Origin: Bugula neritina
Lineage: Eukaryota; Animalia; Bryozoa
DNA: 64,000 bases
Assembly (NCBI GenBank): GCA_964035545.1
Contig: OZ037768.1
Coordinates: forward strand, 23,097,319-23,161,318
Direction: 5' to 3'
Shown here: piece by piece, positions 58,217-64,000 of the stretch
Position numbering within the stretch: position 1 is the stretch's first letter
Layout: every line of letters begins with the position of its first letter
Position numbers and translations under genes: made by a program
The notes under the pieces: generated by a model
Databases searched by the model: none
Told to the model about the DNA's origin: nothing
What the model saw: only the letters and a program-made list of their open reading frames with translations

Positions 58217-61200
58217 GAAGAGAGAAACCATGACTGGAACAGTCAGCCACCACCGTCTTGATCACTGCATGCATCTACCTACATCGGCAGCACCTCTGGC
58301 TGATCCCTGGCAGCACCCACCACCTTCTAGAACGTTCTCTACTAATATACAGCACTGGGTATGGTATAAATCCTCCACCACTTACTACTCAGCTATACCC
58401 AACCTAAAACATTACAGTTCAGTGTACATTCAAGGCATCTCGAAATACAATCCACACTTGTAGAAAATTGGCCCCCAGGCATAACTGAACTCAAAGACGG
58501 CAGTTAATATAAGTCTAGGCTTACCTGAACATCCCAATGTTTTCATAACAAGTAAAGAAATCTACTAAAATTCCAAGATATTGAGTATATCCATTAAACT
58601 AATCCTTTCTCAAACTCTTGAACTTGGGGAGGTACAGAATTAATGTTATATAAGCAAGCAAACTACTAGGAGTGAGTGAAACTGATGCTAGCAGACAAGT
58701 TGTAGTGCGGCAGCTCTGAGTAGATATAACACGCTGCCCTCTCACCTCAGCACACCTGTCTTAGCTTAAACTCAGGTATATCTGTACACTAAATACTGTA
58801 GTACACACAGCACACTCTGTAATGCATATGTATAATATGCTCAATTGCAGCGATAGTATGATTTCAATCATCGTAGCCGCTAACCTTCAACCACCTATCA
58901 AAACTTCAAGAGAGCCACCCAACCGTATAGACAATTAAGTGAATCGAATTCTTTCACTAGGGCTATTATATATCACGATTACCTTTTTACTAACTGCTAA
59001 GTAGTACTAAAGTAATACAAACTCCAAGATTGGTTAGAAAGAGAGATAAGCTACTAACCTACTCTGGGGTCACAAGTAGACCAGCAATTGAAATTTCAAA
59101 AAAGAGCTGCTGAATACCACAGCTCACACACAGCCTCGTCCTTCACACTGCCCTGTTGGGAGCCAATTGTAAGGGTAATTGGTGTGCAGCCAATCCATCC
59201 ACTGCTTGCAAATAACACAAACCCAAAGCAATTATTCCGGCATTGAAAAAACCTGATGAATATATTCCCAACAATTTATAACAAAACATTTCTGACAAAA
59301 CCTTTTGTGGCCAGTTTTGAAAGAAGAATAAAAAGAGGTTTGTGTCTGAATTGATGGCATAGAAAGTGGCTGTGAATAGGTCCATATAACTCATGTAGTA
59401 TGAAGGGCTTTTGGTGAGCGTTTCAATGGGCTAAAAATCATTAACCAGAACCGAGTTTGAACCCAGTGAGGTGAAAGATGAGAGAAGAGAATACTTTCTA
59501 TGATTGTTATATTACTAGTGTAGTGCCCTTCTTTTGGTCTAAATGGCCATATAAACTCTAAAATAAGTGCCGCCTTGCTATTTTTAGAATAAAATGTAGA
59601 CATAGAGTATCCTATTTTATGAGAGTGTAGCAGCAGCATTAAGGTCGTATTTATTATCACTACAGCTGTTTTATAGTCAATGCTACAACAAGTTTATAAT
59701 ATGATTTCATATATAACCTACGTTCAGCTATTCCCATGTAGCTCCCATATTAGAGTTGACATTATATTTCCTTTATAACTTTTTGGAAAAATTGTAATTT
59801 TGCAAAATGAAGCACCCATGCCAATTTTATTGATAACAGTAATATTACGTGAATATATACAGCTGTTGTGATAACTACAATACTATGTGAACAGATACAG
59901 TTGTCCTAACTAAAATATTTGGAGTCTTAATATGTGAAAAATGAGATGCTTACATATGCTAGGCCATCTTCTAAGTTGCACTACAACTTGCGCTATACAG
60001 TGTAAGTACTGGTAGAATGTAACAGCAAGTACTTGCTAAGTCATGGGTATTTTCACTAAGAGTGTGTAATTATTTTATAACTGACAATAAATATGCTTAT
60101 CACCAATGTGGAAACATGAATGATTATCTACTAGTCACATCCAAGCTCTTGTGGGTCTCACAATGTTCACCACTAGCCCCTAGGAATTACTTTCACAGCT
60201 AGCCCGTTTGAATTAGCTTGAAGATTTCACTGCTAGTTATACATCAATCTAGTTAATTACTAAAATTACATTAATCTTATTGCTAAGAAAATTAAATTCC
60301 TAGACTAGAAGAGGTAATAACTGGAACTTTTAGCAACAACTCAAGACACCAACTGTGATGAGTGGTTTCGTGTGTCCCATTTCCTATGAATGGCCCGTCC
60401 TGGAGTGTTTTACTTGACTCGAAAGTTTTATGTGTATATTCTTAATTAATCGCAAACCAATTAGCATTTCTATAACCTCATGTTGACCAATATTAATTGA
60501 AGCTTTGTTAGGGAAACAAAAATCACTTCTGAAATCAGCTTCTTGAGACTGGGGCACATTTGGTTGCACTATAGCCATTGTTTCAGTACAGCAATCAGTG
60601 TGCACTATGGACTAACTAGATAAACTCTTAACAACTATTGAAATGTAAGGGAAGGTTTATTCAATAAAGTGAATTTAATAGAACGACTGGCTCATTGTAG
60701 TAGAAACATAACTTTGGAATGTCATATCAATCATCTACACAATAAATTTAAGAGCAAGTAGATGATGCAAGTCTTAGGGCATTATTTTATGACTACTTTG
60801 TAAATCATTCCCATATTCTTGTTGAAATTTATCAATTCACCCGGTATCATGTTACTCTATGTGAAGAGAATTATTATGCCTAGCAGCAAAGACTATATTG
60901 CACAACTACATTGTAAAACCAAAGCAATTTCAAAGAGTATTTTCCTTAATTTCAACTAAATTTGACACACATCAAGTGTATTGGGCAAATCTACAGTATA
61001 AGCAAGCTGTATAGTACTTTAATAGTTTCAGTACTACAGAAACTGAAATATGAATATTCAAATTTGATTCAACTCTACAAAATTAAGCTGATGGGCTTAT
61101 AATAACAAGATATATGTAGTGCAGGGAACAGTGTTGAAGCTATGCTGTGAAATAAGTAGCCGTTGTATGCACTACTCACATCCAGTTCACAAATCAAACA

Positions 61201-64000
61201 CTTCTCTCCAATAGTTATTAGATATTGAACAAATATCAGTAAGCATTAGGCAAAGTTTTTCAGAAACTGTGTTTATCCTTGATACTAAGTATGCATATGG
61301 CAGCTTATATAGTATAACTAAGGAGTAGATTTGAACAACGCAAGTAATACTAACTAGCTCTAAGAGTGTAGCCTTTTAACCAGAACTGTTTTCACCCAAC
61401 AAATATTGCCAATTTTCACCACTGAGCTTCTATTTACTGCTCCTGCCCATTAATAACATTAGCATACACACAGTGGTGTGGTTTTATGATAAAAATTGTT
61501 ATCAGCGATCAACTGAGACCGTTTTATGTAAATTTTACAACACTGCAGTGAATAACTAAGATATTTGAATTCAAATAAACAAAAACTATAAGCTGTCGGG
61601 ATAGGTTTGTAATAACATTATAGGCAACTTGGCAAGTGTAATATACTGCAGCAACACTTTTCATGAGCAAATCTATGGTGTACACAACTCCAAATTTTAA
61701 AATCATCTCAAGAAACTAAATGATACAGCTGATATATTAAATGTTGGAGGAGCTGGTTACAATAATAGAATTAAGGACGAGAGATTTCAAACACTAAACA
61801 AAGAAAATATAGTCATGTACGAAGAATTATGTAAATTTCCCAAAAAAACATCTGGAATAAAGAGCAAAGCCAACTACTATACAGTAAGAAATTTAACATT
61901 TTCAAGCTCTACATTAGCATTATACTAAATCTGCAAGGTAAAAGCAATCTGAACTAATGCTTAAAACTACAGAAGTAATTGAAAAATTAAAGAGTTAGTT
62001 AAGAATCAACTTTGAACAGGTATCGAAAGCTGTATCTTCCAACACGTTGAAAGAAATATCAACTAAATAACCAAAACTCATCTACAGAGAGACTAGAAGA
62101 GCAACAACAGCAACAACAACTAAAGCTATATTGTCTGACTTGGCTTGTACAAATCAACACACAGGAAAAGTAAAATGAGTATCTATGATTATGACATTCA
62201 ATTGTAGCAGCCAAAGTAAACACAAAGAAAGTTTAAAGTAAGTCTAAAACTATATTATAAAGATGAAGTATGCATAAGAAATAAAATACTGGGTGAAGGA
62301 CAAAGTAAACCACCCAACATGTTTAACTATACATTTTTTGACTCTAGACAGTTTGGTAAAAGTTAACTTGACCTTGTAATAAACTAACCAGTGACTTAAC
62401 ATTACCTGTCATGTATTACTGTTACTTGTAAGACGTCTTGGAAATTTAAAGGTAATAAAAAGTATTTCAAAGTAGAAAATTGAAAAATTAATATTGTTCA
62501 ATATCAAGTTTTGCTATAAAAGTATTATAAAAATAAATAAAATATTGATAGTAAGAGGTCAAACTAAAATTTCATTGGAATTGTTTTATTTAGATCAGTA
62601 TGAAAGAATTGTCAGCTTTTTAAAAGCAACTAATGAAACAAAGTGCAGTCTCATTAAAATTTTGTGTTTTGCCCATTTTAAATTCAACAACTTACATGTA
62701 TACGAATAAATCAAACAGCATTGTCAAACTCAAAATGCACATTACCAGCAGATTGTGTGAAAATTTTGTCATACTTTAATTGTAAGGTTTTAACATGCTA
62801 TGCAAAAAGATATGGTGCCCTGAGCTGGGCTGTAGTAAGACATGTGTTGAAGAGAGAGACTAGTAAGTGGTTGGCAGAATCAGGTGTCATAACATGTAAA
62901 ATATTGACAGCTTAAGACAGCATTTTTTATAAGCATCAAGTAAATATTCAAATTCATAAAATTCTTTCTTTTGGACAACTTGCATTGGCACATAAAACTA
63001 TTGGAATCGCAAAGAGCATTAAACTGACCCTTACAAAGCACACTTTGGTGTCTTTAAAAGTGTTCTCTTAATCTTTTGGCAGCTTTCCAAATTTTTTTCC
63101 AAAACTCTTTCACTTTTACATTTCATAATTGTAGTCTTGGCTTTGCTTTTAGTTTTTAAGACAGTTATAAAATCTATTCAATGAAGAAGCTGTTTTTAGC
63201 TTTCTAGTAAGCTTTAGCTTGTAAACTCACTCGGTATAAAAACTTGCCATTCAAGTTAATTTTTGCATAGCCCAGTTTCAAAAGATCAGCAGTCTATTAT
63301 CAGCAGGTTGAGTATGAATTACACATTTATTTTGATTTATCTATACCGACATATGCTATTTGAATTTTTAAATCCTAAGGCCAATTTATCAATTTACTAC
63401 ACATTTATCAATTGAATTGAACATTGATACTATCATTTATAATTATTGTATTAGTATTATAATGCATTTTGGGTTAACTTGTTTTGGCTTTCACAATTTC
63501 TAGAGTATAAAATGAGGCGAGTTTCCAGTGTAGAATCAGTTTGCTACTGGAGATTGCAGAGGACAGACCTAGGACAAAGACTACTATCATATACTCTCTA
63601 CGCAATAAAGAATTATACATCTGGGAAAAACACTCTCTGTTATTTCTTCTCACTTCAAGGAGTTATGTTCTCCAATAAATTACTTTCAACCCACAAAACT
63701 GTCTTAGTATTGATATTTTATACAGTAAATGATGGAAATAACTATCGCTAGGCGTACGATAAAAATCACTATCACAATGAGAATGTTGGTGGTAAATTCT
63801 AATTTAAATAATTTTTATCCATAATTCAAAATAATTAGTATAAGTATAACTATAAGTAATACAAATATTAATTATTAAATTGTTGATGCAAATATATATA
63901 ATTTATTAACTGCAAAATATTATTATACATTCAGTCTTTAAGTTAAAGGAAAGTAATTTACTTTTGGTAGTTGCTAATTAAAATTTTAAACTTAAAATTA

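Noticed and set aside
58400-64000. Short ORFs in the last 5.6 kb
   Set aside because: No recognisable domains or phase-consistent exon chain; treated as intergenic, intronic or UTR sequence.

Overview
This is AT-rich eukaryotic (metazoan invertebrate) genomic DNA with short GT-AG introns and many intronic mini/microsatellites. The gene content fits a lophotrochozoan-type animal, but the taxon cannot be fixed from the sequence. Most ORF-track entries are exon fragments or repeat artefacts. Genes rebuilt by hand from splice sites and codon phase: (1) a ~19.6 kb minus-strand gene for a secreted mosaic protein (signal peptide, ShKT x2, WSC, degenerate ShKT, VWD with GDPH, C8, TIL, about 20 EGF/cbEGF modules), with a tRNA-Arg(CCT) in one intron; (2) a tandem ubiquitin-like-domain protein with no C-terminal GG; (3) a WD40 protein resembling WDR38; (4) a 7-unit polyubiquitin; (5) a voltage-gated proton channel Hv1; (6) a PRL/PTP4A prenylated phosphatase; (7) a partly resolved Ser/Lys/Arg-rich minus-strand gene. 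The most interesting non-obvious signals are: an intact minimal type I hammerhead ribozyme in a ~230 bp insert inside a (TA)n array, with a decayed second copy 20 kb away; a spliced 38-codon Cys-rich uORF in the PRL leader; four fixed-spacing copies of an unexplained motif GTGAC-N6-TCTAGTCAT within 1.6 kb, one beside strong hairpins; a small palindromic MITE family with a 9-bp TSD; and minisatellites built from splice-site sequence.
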